Both the position numbers and the translations under genes were made by a program. A stretch of DNA of 63,192 bases from IMG/VR virus record IMGVR_UViG_3300044960_000525, positions 1 to 63,192 of that record, one strand, 5' to 3'. Every line of letters begins with the position of its first letter. Position 1 is the first letter of the stretch. Below the pieces are notes generated by a model. That model searched no databases, had not been told where the DNA came from, and was given only the letters and a program-made list of their open reading frames with translations. This DNA is from a virus (Duplodnaviria; Caudoviricetes). Shown here piece by piece: positions 28,486 to 37,774 of the stretch.

Positions 28486-28874
28486 GCATTGTGCCTCGTC
28501 CCTTCACGATTCCCCTGGAAGGGCCTGGAGCCTATCCGATTACGTTTCCTCGCGCAACACGGATTACCACCGAAACAGAAGAATGGTTATCAACGGACGT
28601 TGAGTTTGATAGTCAGTATTCACAAGTGCTCCTGCTCGCCAATGTGGGATTGCGGTTCATTGAACTCGAATATCAAAATCTCACGACTGATGAATGGGCC
28701 GTGTTACGGGGGTTTTGGGAATCTGTAGGCGGGCTCGAAGGGACATTTCCGTTCACGCACCCCTCGCGGGGATGGACGGCGAGGATGCGGTTCGCTGAAG
28801 ATTTCCTTGAATGGACCTATTATGACCCCGCGGAGACACGAACAGTGATTGTGCGATTGGAGGAGGCCCAATAA
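28482..28874 (+). CDS. Second gpM/DUF2460-like paralogue
   Basis: LRGFWESVGGLEGTFPFTHP...MRF motif. Confidence 0.65.
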   Translation: MSIVPRPFTIPLEGPGAYPITFPRATRITTETEEWLSTDVEFDSQYSQVLLLANVGLRFIELEYQNLTTDEWAVLRGFWESVGGLEGTFPFTHPSRGWTARMRFAEDFLEWTYYDPAETRTVIVRLEEAQ

Positions 28875-29677
28875 TGCAAAAGTATGAAAACTCTGCGTGG
28901 AATAGCACCACCGGCCTTCCGATTGCCGAACCCACCATTGAGGTTCGACATGCGGGAACAGGCACAACCGCAACCATTTATTCTGATGATGGTGTCACCC
29001 CCAAGAGTAATCCGTTTCTCGGAGACACCGTTGGACGATTTTCCTTTTATGCGCCGACGGGGCGGTACGACATTATTGTGACAAAAACAGGTGTTACGAG
29101 TTATACGATTACCGATGTGTCCTTGACAGAGCCGCGAAGCGGAGGGTATGAACTCGCGCACGGCGTTGATGTCCAAGCCTTGCTGGCGAACGCGCTCCAT
29201 GACCGTGTCACCAATACGTGGCATCGTCGACATACGGCCCGACCCGCGTGGCGCGTGGAAACCGATTCAACGACGAGCAATGATTATTTCCGTGCGCTCC
29301 ATGCGCTTGCAGGCGCCAACCCTATTACGTGGACAGAACTCTGGCGTCTCGATGGCACAGGACAGATGCAACTCGGTGGAAATATTGTCATTGGTGGAAC
29401 CTTGGCGCACACTGGCACCGCAGTCGGATTTTACGCGAAGACGCCGGTGCCGATTGCGGACGCGAGTGACAATTTGACCGATAACAGCGGAGGAACGGCT
29501 GATGATAACATTGAATTCATACCGGACCCCGCGGATGATCCGGCGACCGCAGATGACCTGCGCGATGACCTTGTTGCGAATCTGATTCCCGAATTGCGGA
29601 ACAATTTTGCGGATTTGACCGCAAAAGTGAACAAAGCCTTGACGGTGCTTCGTGATGTGGGGTTGATGGACACATGA
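28874..29677 (+). CDS. Tail fibre/spike protein with head-binding-like N-terminus
   Basis: ATIYSDDGVTPKSNPF..D..GRFSFYA..GRYDI motif; C-terminal LRDVGL coiled end. Confidence 0.65.
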   Translation: MQKYENSAWNSTTGLPIAEPTIEVRHAGTGTTATIYSDDGVTPKSNPFLGDTVGRFSFYAPTGRYDIIVTKTGVTSYTITDVSLTEPRSGGYELAHGVDVQALLANALHDRVTNTWHRRHTARPAWRVETDSTTSNDYFRALHALAGANPITWTELWRLDGTGQMQLGGNIVIGGTLAHTGTAVGFYAKTPVPIADASDNLTDNSGGTADDNIEFIPDPADDPATADDLRDDLVANLIPELRNNFADLTAKVNKALTVLRDVGLMDT

Positions 29678-29862
29678 TTCATGAATTTACGCACCTCATC
29701 AAAGAGCATATTGTGCGCCATGAACGCACGCTTCAAGAATTATTGCGTGCCGAGGACAACTTGCTCCAGGTGTTACGAGACAATAAACGTGCTCAACATG
29801 AGGCCACGGGCGCCATCAACGCCCTGCAGACCATCCTCAAGGCGGTAAACCCCGATGCCTAA
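29674..29862 (+). CDS. Small coiled-coil protein
   Basis: Overlapping ORF. Confidence 0.55.
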   Translation: MIHEFTHLIKEHIVRHERTLQELLRAEDNLLQVLRDNKRAQHEATGAINALQTILKAVNPDA

Positions 29863-30358
29863 ATTGATGTCTCCCGGCATGATCGCCGCCAAACATGTCC
29901 TCGATCCTCAAGGACCGTGGGTGACGCTCTACAAATTGAATTTGAATCCTCCAGGAGAATCCAATCCCACGCTCTACCGACGTATTGTCAATCATCCGCG
30001 CGCCATTGTGTATGGAGGAGAAGAATATCTTCCCTTTCCCGTACGGCACGAGGGGATTCGAGAGGAAGCCCAGGGACGATTGCAGCGCATTACGGTGCAG
30101 GTGGCCAATGTGAGTCGAGAAATCCAGGATTTGCTCGAAGCGCACGATGGGTTGCGGGGCAAACACGTCACGTTGATTGCGATCAATCTCGATCAGCCCG
30201 ATCTGGGCGATGTGCGACAAACATTCATTATTGATAGCGTGACCGCAGGGGATCAGGTGGTCTCAATCACCTTGGGCAAACCCATCCCCATTATGGACGT
30301 AAAATTGCCCAAACGGCTCATTTTCCGCGACCTGTTCCCCGCGGTGATGTATACATGA
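29855..30358 (+). CDS. Minor tail protein gpL/DUF1833-like
   Basis: YGGEEYLPFP...ITVQVANVSREI motif. Confidence 0.8.
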   Translation: MPKLMSPGMIAAKHVLDPQGPWVTLYKLNLNPPGESNPTLYRRIVNHPRAIVYGGEEYLPFPVRHEGIREEAQGRLQRITVQVANVSREIQDLLEAHDGLRGKHVTLIAINLDQPDLGDVRQTFIIDSVTAGDQVVSITLGKPIPIMDVKLPKRLIFRDLFPAVMYT

Positions 30359-30849
30359 CCCCCCAGGGGGGTGTCTTCCCCCTTCCCCGTCCCTCCGAAG
30401 CCCTCCTGGGGGCTCCCAGGCCCCTTCCTGGGGCTTCTAGAACGCACCCAGGATACTCGTGCGCGTGGTGTGAAGCGCATTTTCCCCCAACACTCCACGA
30501 TTGGCTGGGATGGCACCATTTTCACACGGATGCGCCGTGCTGGTGGTTTGTTCACCAGGTCTATCGTCGCCATCTGCAGATTGTGTTGCCCAAACATGAA
30601 GTGATTGAAACCCGGGATCAATGGTCGTCGCTCGTCACCGCTCACATGACGCAATTCCAGCGCGCAGACCCCGACACGTATCGGCTCGTGTTATTCTGCT
30701 ACCCCAATGGGACGATGCACGTGGGGATTATGGAAAATGCTCGATGGTTTCTCCATGTGCCGACGCCCGAAGCCGGCGTCTGTCGCGCTGAACTCATGCG
30801 CTATCAGGAACGAGGGTATCTCCGTGGAATCTATCGCTACATCGGGTGA
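30355..30849 (+). CDS. NlpC/P60 tail protein (gpK-like)
   Basis: CWWFVHQVY, HVGI and FLH motifs; start uncertain. Confidence 0.75.
   Translation: MTPQGGVFPLPRPSEALLGAPRPLPGASRTHPGYSCAWCEAHFPPTLHDWLGWHHFHTDAPCWWFVHQVYRRHLQIVLPKHEVIETRDQWSSLVTAHMTQFQRADPDTYRLVLFCYPNGTMHVGIMENARWFLHVPTPEAGVCRAELMRYQERGYLRGIYRYIG
30397..30442 (+). repeat. Dispersed phased motif, copy D
   Basis: GAAGCCCTCCTGGGGGCTCCCAGGCCCCTTCCTGGGGCTTCTAGAA. Confidence 0.8.
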
Positions 30850-33436
30850 GCGTCTTCGGTGCTATCATTGTTCGACGTTGGTGTCCATCCCGCACCGACG
30901 ATGGGCGCACTGTCCATCGTGTCTGCGCAAAGTGCGCTATCGCAAAGGACGACGATTTTACCAAAAAACGACCATTGATCTCGATGAAAAACTCGCAACA
31001 CTCGGGTTGCGGCATCATTCGCGGGCACGTGTCCGAGGAGCCCTTGTGGGGGCATTTCTTGGGTGGTGGGCGACCGCGTCGGTGCTCGCAAAAGTCTTCG
31101 TCGGTCTCTTTGTGGTCGCTGGTCTCATGTACGTTGCACGACTCCTCCAGCGTCCACGTCCCGACCGAGAGACTCAACAAGTCTATGGGTTCACGTCTCG
31201 AACAAATGCCGTTGGGACAGGAACGCCGGTTCCCATTATTTATGGGGAACATCGTCATTGGCCTGCAGTCGTTCAAGAATATGTTGATGTCGTCAATAAT
31301 ATTTCGACGCTTTATCGGCTCTATTGTCTTGGAGAAGGACCCATTGAATCCGTAACAGGCATCGAGTTGAATAATCAACCCATTGAGTTTTTCAATGGAG
31401 TGTCGTGGCAGGTGCGCTATGGGCATCCTGTTCAAACGGTGATTCCATGGTTTGCGGATAATCGGAATACGTATCATGTTGGCATTGAATTGTTGGCTGA
31501 TGGGCGCAGTTTTATCTATCGGACGATTACGCCCATTGATGAGTTTATTGTGCGAGTCTTGTTCCCCCAAGGGCTCACAGGAAGTGGTGGGGCCACAGGC
31601 AGCGGAACCAACTCCGTGACGGTGCGGGTTGAGCATCGCATCCTCGGCGACGTGCCGTGGACGCTTCTTGGCAACTTTGTTGTGAATGGGGTCGCCAACG
31701 ATACACGACCTATTTTGCGACAATTCCGCTCGGGTCCTTTGACGCCTATTACCGTCAAATTGCCTGGATCAGTGACCAACAACAACAGTATCGGGGGAAC
31801 AGCATGGACGAACCCCGCTCATGCGTTGACCTCGAATGACCAGTGGGCTGTTGTTGACGAACCCACGTCTACTCCGCGCGATACCCAATATCTCCTGTTC
31901 ACCGATTTTCAAATGAACCTACCTGGCGATGCTGTTGTGAATGGGATACAAGTTGAAGTCGAGCGACATCATGCGCCTGGTGGAGTGAGTGGAGGCAACG
32001 ATTGGCTCCCCGAAGGACCGCCTGAGTCTACCTATGATCGGAGCGTGCGGTTGTATGTCAACGGCACATTCATGGGGGAGAATAAGGCCGATACCACGAC
32101 AGCCTGGCCAACAACCGATGCGACAAAATCGTATGGAGGCCCATCAGATTTGTGGGGGCTCACGTCAGCAGAGTTGAACCCAACAACCCTCAACGCTTCA
32201 AACTTTGGATTTGGGATTGCTGCTCGCGTGGACAATGGATCAGCGAAAATTGATGCCGCAACAATCCGCGTCTATTACACGTCGTCGAGTGTGCCGGGTA
32301 TTGCACGACGAGAAATTCGTGTAACGCGAGTGAGTACGTCGAGCACACCGAAACCTCCAATGTCCTTTGATTCCATTGATGAAATTAGTTATGGGAGTAT
32401 TCTCAACACGTATCCCAATATTGCGATACTCGGGCTCAAAGTTCAAGCGAGTGAACAATTGTCTGGGTCGGTTACGACAAGTTGTCTTGTGCGCGGACGA
32501 ACAGTGCGTCAACTCACCGATGGCGAATTGAGTACGACAGAATCGTGGTCACAAAATCCTGTTGAATGTTTGATTGACTTGCTGACGAACGCCCGATACG
32601 GGCTCGGCACATACATTACCGATGCGGATTTGTTGCTTTCCTCGTTCCAAACCGCAAAGGATTATTGCAATGAGATTGTCGAGGGAGAGACCCGTCATCA
32701 GTTGGACATTATTATGGACGAATATCTCAACGCCTGGGATTGGCTCGAAGTCTTGCTGAATACGTGTCGTGGGATTCTCATTGAAAGCGATGGGCGCTGG
32801 AAACTCGGCGTTGACCACCTTACGGAACCCTCACAGGTATTCACCAACGCGAACATTGTCAAAGGCACGTTTACCAATGCTTGGGTCTCATTGTCAGAGG
32901 AATACGATACCGTCGAGGGCATCTATTTTGATCGTGAATTGGATTATCGACGTGAAAGCGTCTTCGATCCCGTGCCAGCGGGACGGCGCATCAAGTCCAT
33001 TCAAATCAAGGGAATTGTTCGGCGAAGTCATGCGCTCCGCGAAGTTCGATACCATCGGCGCGTCATCGAACTCACCTCTCGATTTATTGAGTTTGAAACG
33101 TCCATTGAGGCGCTCGGGTCTGATGTTATGGATGTCATTCTCGTCTCTCACGATGTTCCAAAATGGGGAATGAGTGGGCGTGTCGTGAGCGTGAGCGGAT
33201 TGACGATTACCGTTGATCGAAATGATCTCCCCACCGATGTGGCTACCACGGATTATGATTTGATTGTTCGTCAGCAAAATGGGGATATTGAGCAGCGAGC
33301 CATTACGGCTATTTCGGCTCCCTATGTTTCTTCTGAAGGGCATCCGCGGCAAGACATTACGATTGCGTCTTCGTTTGCGTCTTCACCGGTTCCACGAAAT
33401 ACCTTGTGGGTACTCGTGCTCGCTGAGGGCGATTAA
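30824..33436 (+). CDS. Tail tip/host-specificity protein gpJ-like, main part
   Basis: GTPVPIIYGE, LGEGPI, YPNIA, NPVECLIDLLTNARYGLG and DVILVSHDVPKWGMSGRV motifs; probable GTG start at 30824. Confidence 0.9.
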   Translation: MESIATSGERLRCYHCSTLVSIPHRRWAHCPSCLRKVRYRKGRRFYQKTTIDLDEKLATLGLRHHSRARVRGALVGAFLGWWATASVLAKVFVGLFVVAGLMYVARLLQRPRPDRETQQVYGFTSRTNAVGTGTPVPIIYGEHRHWPAVVQEYVDVVNNISTLYRLYCLGEGPIESVTGIELNNQPIEFFNGVSWQVRYGHPVQTVIPWFADNRNTYHVGIELLADGRSFIYRTITPIDEFIVRVLFPQGLTGSGGATGSGTNSVTVRVEHRILGDVPWTLLGNFVVNGVANDTRPILRQFRSGPLTPITVKLPGSVTNNNSIGGTAWTNPAHALTSNDQWAVVDEPTSTPRDTQYLLFTDFQMNLPGDAVVNGIQVEVERHHAPGGVSGGNDWLPEGPPESTYDRSVRLYVNGTFMGENKADTTTAWPTTDATKSYGGPSDLWGLTSAELNPTTLNASNFGFGIAARVDNGSAKIDAATIRVYYTSSSVPGIARREIRVTRVSTSSTPKPPMSFDSIDEISYGSILNTYPNIAILGLKVQASEQLSGSVTTSCLVRGRTVRQLTDGELSTTESWSQNPVECLIDLLTNARYGLGTYITDADLLLSSFQTAKDYCNEIVEGETRHQLDIIMDEYLNAWDWLEVLLNTCRGILIESDGRWKLGVDHLTEPSQVFTNANIVKGTFTNAWVSLSEEYDTVEGIYFDRELDYRRESVFDPVPAGRRIKSIQIKGIVRRSHALREVRYHRRVIELTSRFIEFETSIEALGSDVMDVILVSHDVPKWGMSGRVVSVSGLTITVDRNDLPTDVATTDYDLIVRQQNGDIEQRAITAISAPYVSSEGHPRQDITIASSFASSPVPRNTLWVLVLAEGD

Positions 33437-33437
33437 T

Positions 33438-34181
33438 ATGCCTCGCTATGTTGATGCGTTCAACCGACCTCCAGGAATTGATCTCAATGCGTCATGGATT
33501 GAAAGTCGGTATGCTGTCGATAATCCTCCCGCCGCTTTGTTGGGCGATGGAACGGTTATGCTGATTACGAGCATAGATAACAGCGAAGTGCATGGCGGAC
33601 TCTTTTTGTGGGATCGACCAGTAAGGAACAATCAGTATAGTCGCCTTGTGTATTCACGAGTGTCTCCAGGTTTGCCAGGAGATTCAGGGCCAGTGGTTCG
33701 AGGGTCTGGCACCTATTCATCAATGACGGGATATTTTCTTTCTCAAGCGGGAGGACCAGATATTTCGCTAAAAAAGGTCGTCAATGGTTTTGCGTTTCCT
33801 GGAGTCACAATTGGCGATGTTCAACTCTCTGGTCCCTTGAATGAGGGAGATGTGCTTGAACTTCGTGCCGTTGATGATGTCTTGACGGTTCTCGTCAATA
33901 ATGTGGTTGTGCTCACTGTGGTTGATGCGGATATTCCTACTGGTCACGTGGGCATGGTGTGTTTGGGGTTTGTGTGGGTGGAGAATGAAGTTCCTGCTCC
34001 CTATGATGGTCCAGTCATGCAAGTGTGGCACCGATGGGAAGGCGGGGATATTGTACGACGTGTCTCAACCAACATCGGTGAAGCCAAACTCTTTCGTATC
34101 ATGGGGATGGAACTCAAAGAGGATTTTCGCTGGCGCATCCATGCATCAGAATATCATCCCGATATTTATGATCTCGACTGA
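33438..34181 (+). CDS. Lectin-like domain plus gpJ-type terminal segment
   Basis: Beta-sandwich (LELRAVDDVLTVLVNNVVVLTVVD..IPTGHVG) then KLFRIMGME...IHASEYHPDIYD. Confidence 0.75.
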   Translation: MPRYVDAFNRPPGIDLNASWIESRYAVDNPPAALLGDGTVMLITSIDNSEVHGGLFLWDRPVRNNQYSRLVYSRVSPGLPGDSGPVVRGSGTYSSMTGYFLSQAGGPDISLKKVVNGFAFPGVTIGDVQLSGPLNEGDVLELRAVDDVLTVLVNNVVVLTVVDADIPTGHVGMVCLGFVWVENEVPAPYDGPVMQVWHRWEGGDIVRRVSTNIGEAKLFRIMGMELKEDFRWRIHASEYHPDIYDLD

Positions 34182-34189
34182 GGTGCGCT

Positions 34190-34363
34190 ATGAATCGCGC
34201 CAAATTGTTCCGTATCGTTGGCATAGAACTCAAAGAGGATTTTCGTTGGCGTATTCATGCGTCGGAATATCATCCTGAAATCTACGAGCCTGCAGAAGGC
34301 CTTCCCATGAAACTTCTTCGGGCGGAAAAATCAGCAAAAATCGAGAAAAAATCGAGAAAATGA
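34190..34363 (+). CDS. 57-aa ORF duplicating the gpJ-type terminal segment (not in track)
   Basis: GAGGTG RBS; MNRAKLFRIVGIELKEDFRWRIHASEYHPEIYE... Confidence 0.6.
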   Translation: MNRAKLFRIVGIELKEDFRWRIHASEYHPEIYEPAEGLPMKLLRAEKSAKIEKKSRK

Positions 34364-34364
34364 A

Positions 34365-34545
34365 TAATATAGATATAGAGATATAGATATAGATATAGGA
34401 ATTATCTCTTCCTCTCCATTCGATAAACATGCCCTTTGTTCTTCCTTTCATCTCCCTTTCAATAACATGCCTCTTTCATCTCCCTTTCAGTAACATGCCC
34501 TTTTATATTCCTTTCAGCAACATGCCTCTCTTTATCTCTATCCCT
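34365..34545. repeat. ATATAG microrepeats and four AACATGCC-containing repeats
   Basis: (ATATAG)n at about 34367-34398; AACATGCC at 34426, 34464, 34492 and 34519. Confidence 0.8.
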
Positions 34546-34610
34546 ATCCCCCCTTACCCCCCTTTCCCTTTCTCTTTTTCTCTCCTTTCCGTCATCGCCA
34601 TGTCTATTTT

Positions 34611-34638
34611 TTGACCTCATAGACGGGCAATGTATAAT
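34611..34638 (+). promoter_or_regulatory. Sigma70-type promoter for lysis genes
   Basis: TTGACC-N16-TATAAT. Confidence 0.7.
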
Positions 34639-34667
34639 AGCCTTTGAACACGAAAGGGGGTTTACCG

Positions 34668-34946
34668 ATGCAAATGCGCGGATTCATCGTCGGATTCGCC
34701 ATGGTCATCTTCCTGTTTTCAGGACTAGTAATGTCCAGCAAAGCGGAAGCCGTTCACCAAGAGTCTTCTCACATCGTGTTCGATGGCACTATCACATTAG
34801 GCAATCTGCTCACTCTCCTGGGGATGCTCATTGCCCTTATCACCAGTTATACTCGCATCATGTCTCGCATCGGAATTATTGAAACCCGGGTCCATGATTT
34901 ATGGGATGACTATAAAAACCGACGAAGTCGAAAGGACAATGACTAA
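34668..34946 (+). CDS. Putative holin
   Basis: Two hydrophobic segments, basic C-terminus, directly before the endolysin. Confidence 0.65.
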   Translation: MQMRGFIVGFAMVIFLFSGLVMSSKAEAVHQESSHIVFDGTITLGNLLTLLGMLIALITSYTRIMSRIGIIETRVHDLWDDYKNRRSRKDND

Positions 34947-35374
34947 TGGGCGACATTACCAAACACTTCAGTTGGTGGGAATTTCGCTCCAAAGACGGCG
35001 CGCCAACACCCGAGTCCGTCAAACCTAATATTATTCGGGTAGCGCGGATGCTCGAACTCCTTCGAAGCGCAGTGTCAGACCATGTCGGGCGTGATTGTCC
35101 CCTAATTATTCTTTCAGGGTATCGCAGTCCTGCGCACAATACAGCCGTTGGTGGTGTTCCCACATCATTTCATCTCAAAGGATTGGCTGCCGATATTGTG
35201 TCACGTTTTGCGTCACCGCACACCATTCAATCCCTTGCGCGGTCCTTACAAGCACGAGGAATTATTGGCGGGCTCGGGGTCTATGCGGGTTTCACACACG
35301 TTGATTTGGGACCACGACGAAATTGGACCGAAGCGACGAGAACGCAGAAGGGAGGGGAGAATTTCCCCTCTTGA
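34946..35374 (+). CDS. Endolysin, peptidase M15A family
   Basis: HFSWWEF, SGYRSPAHN..VGG...SFHLKGLAADI and FTHVD motifs. Confidence 0.9.
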   Translation: MGDITKHFSWWEFRSKDGAPTPESVKPNIIRVARMLELLRSAVSDHVGRDCPLIILSGYRSPAHNTAVGGVPTSFHLKGLAADIVSRFASPHTIQSLARSLQARGIIGGLGVYAGFTHVDLGPRRNWTEATRTQKGGENFPS

Positions 35375-35399
35375 CAGTCCTCGGTCGAAGGAGTATCTT
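35371..35399 (+). promoter_or_regulatory. Sigma70-type promoter for replication module
   Basis: TTGACA-N17-TATCTT. Confidence 0.65.
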
Positions 35400-35477
35400 C
35401 AAGGGGATTGTCGGGAGTGCGACCGATCTCTCTTCAACCGAAAACAATAACGAGAACAATGAAAGGAGAACAATGAT

Positions 35478-35888
35478 ATGGAGATTCCGCAGCGCGTCAA
35501 AAAAGCATTGGAAGGATACGCCATTATTCTGCGCGAAGAACGCGATCTCAAATACAAGAAACAACAATTTGGCTATGAACTCCGAAAATTTATTGAACAG
35601 ATACGTCAGCGCGATCCCACATTCACAACATTCAGCACAGAACACGGCACGGCAACGCTTGTTGAGCCCGTCAAAGACGACATTGATGCTGATGCGCTCT
35701 ACCATGACTTGAAACGCAAAGGATTGCTCACTCCCGAGATTCAAACAGCCTTTCGCCGCGTTGTTGACAAGGCAAAAATTGTCCAGTTTCTCGACGAGTT
35801 AAAACTGCCCCGACAACTCGTCAAGAAACATTGGACCGAGAGCCCCGCAGAACCCTATATTCGTGTGACGCCAGGCCGAGAGGGTTAA
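35478..35888 (+). CDS. Hypothetical protein
   Basis: AAGGAG RBS; charged helical protein. Confidence 0.7.
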   Translation: MEIPQRVKKALEGYAIILREERDLKYKKQQFGYELRKFIEQIRQRDPTFTTFSTEHGTATLVEPVKDDIDADALYHDLKRKGLLTPEIQTAFRRVVDKAKIVQFLDELKLPRQLVKKHWTESPAEPYIRVTPGREG

Positions 35889-35894
35889 CTCAAT

Positions 35895-36875
35895 ATGAGT
35901 GGACCGAGTCCACAAACGTCACGCTTTGATGTCGTGGCGATTCTTTCACACTATGGAATCAAGGCACAAGCGTTGTCCATGGGACAATTGCACGCGTGGT
36001 GTCCGTTCCACAACGACCGACGGCCATCATTGTCCGTGCATCTCCATACCGGCCAATGGCTCTGCTTTGGGTGTCACCGTCAAGGAAACATGATTGATTT
36101 TGTCAACGAAATCGAAGGGTTCAACGATGAACTGAAGGCTATTTTGACCGCTAAACGTATTGGGCAGATTGAGCGCACAATTCAGCCCGACTTCAATATG
36201 TGGGATTTGGACCGGGTATCTGACGTTGATGTGTCTCGATTCGATCAACCGCCGTGGAAGCGATTGTTTCGGATTTATACGAAAATGCGATATGGAACCC
36301 ACGGAGGGACACCGTTGTACGCTTTTGCGCGTGGATTGGTGCCGATAACCCTTCGACAGTTTGATGTGCGATGGGATCATCGCCGCAAGCATCTCATTTT
36401 TCCTGTGCGATGGCAGAATAGAATTATTGGGTATCAGCGGCGAGTGACGGTGACAGAGGACGAAGCCTTTGGGAAATATCGCAATAGCGCCGGACTTCCT
36501 CGACTCCGTATTTTCTACTGGACGCGACAATGGATTGACGATGAGGGATTTCCTCCCCTCCTCGTGGAAGGTGTTCTCGATGCCCTTCGCGCTGTGCAAT
36601 TTGGGTGGAAACACGTTGTGCATCCGTTTGGGTGCAAAGTATCGCCGATTCAGCGCGAGTGGTTACAGCGTCTGATGAGACACTACACAACGCTCTATGT
36701 TGCCTTCGACAATGATCGAGAAGGACGTGACGCTGAACGCGCTCTTTCACTGGGAATACGGGTGCCAAAAAAACACTGGGGAGGGGTGTCTGATATTGGC
36801 GGTCTCACCAAAACGCAATTTTGGCTGTCCATGCGCGATGCGGGATGGACACAGGGAGGTGATTGGACACGCTGA
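35895..36875 (+). CDS. dnaG: DnaG-type primase (CHC2 zinc finger + TOPRIM)
   Basis: CPFHND..PS...CFGC, LVEGVLD and AFDNDREG motifs. Confidence 0.9.
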   Translation: MSGPSPQTSRFDVVAILSHYGIKAQALSMGQLHAWCPFHNDRRPSLSVHLHTGQWLCFGCHRQGNMIDFVNEIEGFNDELKAILTAKRIGQIERTIQPDFNMWDLDRVSDVDVSRFDQPPWKRLFRIYTKMRYGTHGGTPLYAFARGLVPITLRQFDVRWDHRRKHLIFPVRWQNRIIGYQRRVTVTEDEAFGKYRNSAGLPRLRIFYWTRQWIDDEGFPPLLVEGVLDALRAVQFGWKHVVHPFGCKVSPIQREWLQRLMRHYTTLYVAFDNDREGRDAERALSLGIRVPKKHWGGVSDIGGLTKTQFWLSMRDAGWTQGGDWTR

Positions 36876-36920
36876 CCTGAAGGGCGCTCGCGGTATATTC
36901 TCTCTCCGAAGGGGGCTGAC

Positions 36921-37511
36921 ATGGTAAAGCGAAGCACGATGGAAATTATCGAGGAAGAACAGCGGCGACGAGGCGCAAGCCAGATACTCGATCATTTTAT
37001 CCTGCTTCGTGAAAGCGGGGATGAAGTGACCTTGCGGTTTCTCGATGAATTTGAAGGGAAGGATGAACAGGACAAGCGTGTGGCGCACACCTTCAAGGTG
37101 CATCATTTTGGCGGCGCAGGTACCAAAGACCCCTACCAGGCCATTCTGTGTGGGGGAGTCGGGTGTCAACTCTGCACTGACAATCCGCCGCGCGTCCACG
37201 TCGTTTTCCGCGCGTGGGTGTATGACGACAAGACCGTCAAACTCTTCGACGCGAAGGCGCGGTCGGATGTGATTCTCGATCTTGTCGAGCACGTGAAACA
37301 GTACGGGAGTATCACCAACGCTGACTATGTGTTCAAGCGCCGTGGAAAGCAGATGGACACGCGCTATTTTTTGCTCCGTCAAGAGAAAATGCCGCTTTCC
37401 GAAAAACTCAAGAAGCGTATCAAGGCGGAATGGCTGTCCTCGAAGCGTGTCCGCGAATTGATTGAGGCGCGGTATCGTCCGTGGGAAAAACGCACGACGG
37501 AGGAGGAGTAG
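36921..37511 (+). CDS. Putative single-stranded DNA-binding protein (gp32-like)
   Basis: LRFL, H...C....C.LC zinc motif and DYVFKRRGKQMDTRY. Confidence 0.6.
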   Translation: MVKRSTMEIIEEEQRRRGASQILDHFILLRESGDEVTLRFLDEFEGKDEQDKRVAHTFKVHHFGGAGTKDPYQAILCGGVGCQLCTDNPPRVHVVFRAWVYDDKTVKLFDAKARSDVILDLVEHVKQYGSITNADYVFKRRGKQMDTRYFLLRQEKMPLSEKLKKRIKAEWLSSKRVRELIEARYRPWEKRTTEEE

Positions 37512-37545
37512 GGGGAGGGGGGGTGGTCTCCCCCCTTCCTCCCCA

Positions 37546-37593
37546 GAAAATCGCTCCTGGAGGCTCCTACGGGGCTTCCTGGGGCTTCTAGGA
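37546..37593 (+). repeat. Dispersed phased motif, copy E
   Basis: GAAAATCGCTCCTGGAGGCTCCTACGGGGCTTCCTGGGGCTTCTAGGA, intergenic. Confidence 0.85.
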
Positions 37594-37600
37594 GGGGATA

Positions 37601-37774
37601 ATGGACGCGCGGATTCCTCTTGGATACACCGATGATGGGCACCCCGTGTGGGGACGAACGTATGGCGGAAAATATATTGTTGGACACTGTCAGTACGCTG
37701 ACGGAGAAATTGTCTATACCGTCTCTGTTCAAGAACATTGTCTTGTTCAGCAGGCACACATCGAGTATGCGTGA
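37601..37774 (+). CDS. 57-aa hypothetical protein (not in track)
   Basis: GGAGGGG RBS; MDARIPLGYTDDGHPVWGRT...; stop overlaps the next gene. Confidence 0.55.
   Translation: MDARIPLGYTDDGHPVWGRTYGGKYIVGHCQYADGEIVYTVSVQEHCLVQQAHIEYA

Noticed and set aside
34083-34290. Diversity-generating retroelement VR/TR pair
   Set aside because: Differences are mostly synonymous third-position changes, not adenine-specific, and no reverse transcriptase is seen.
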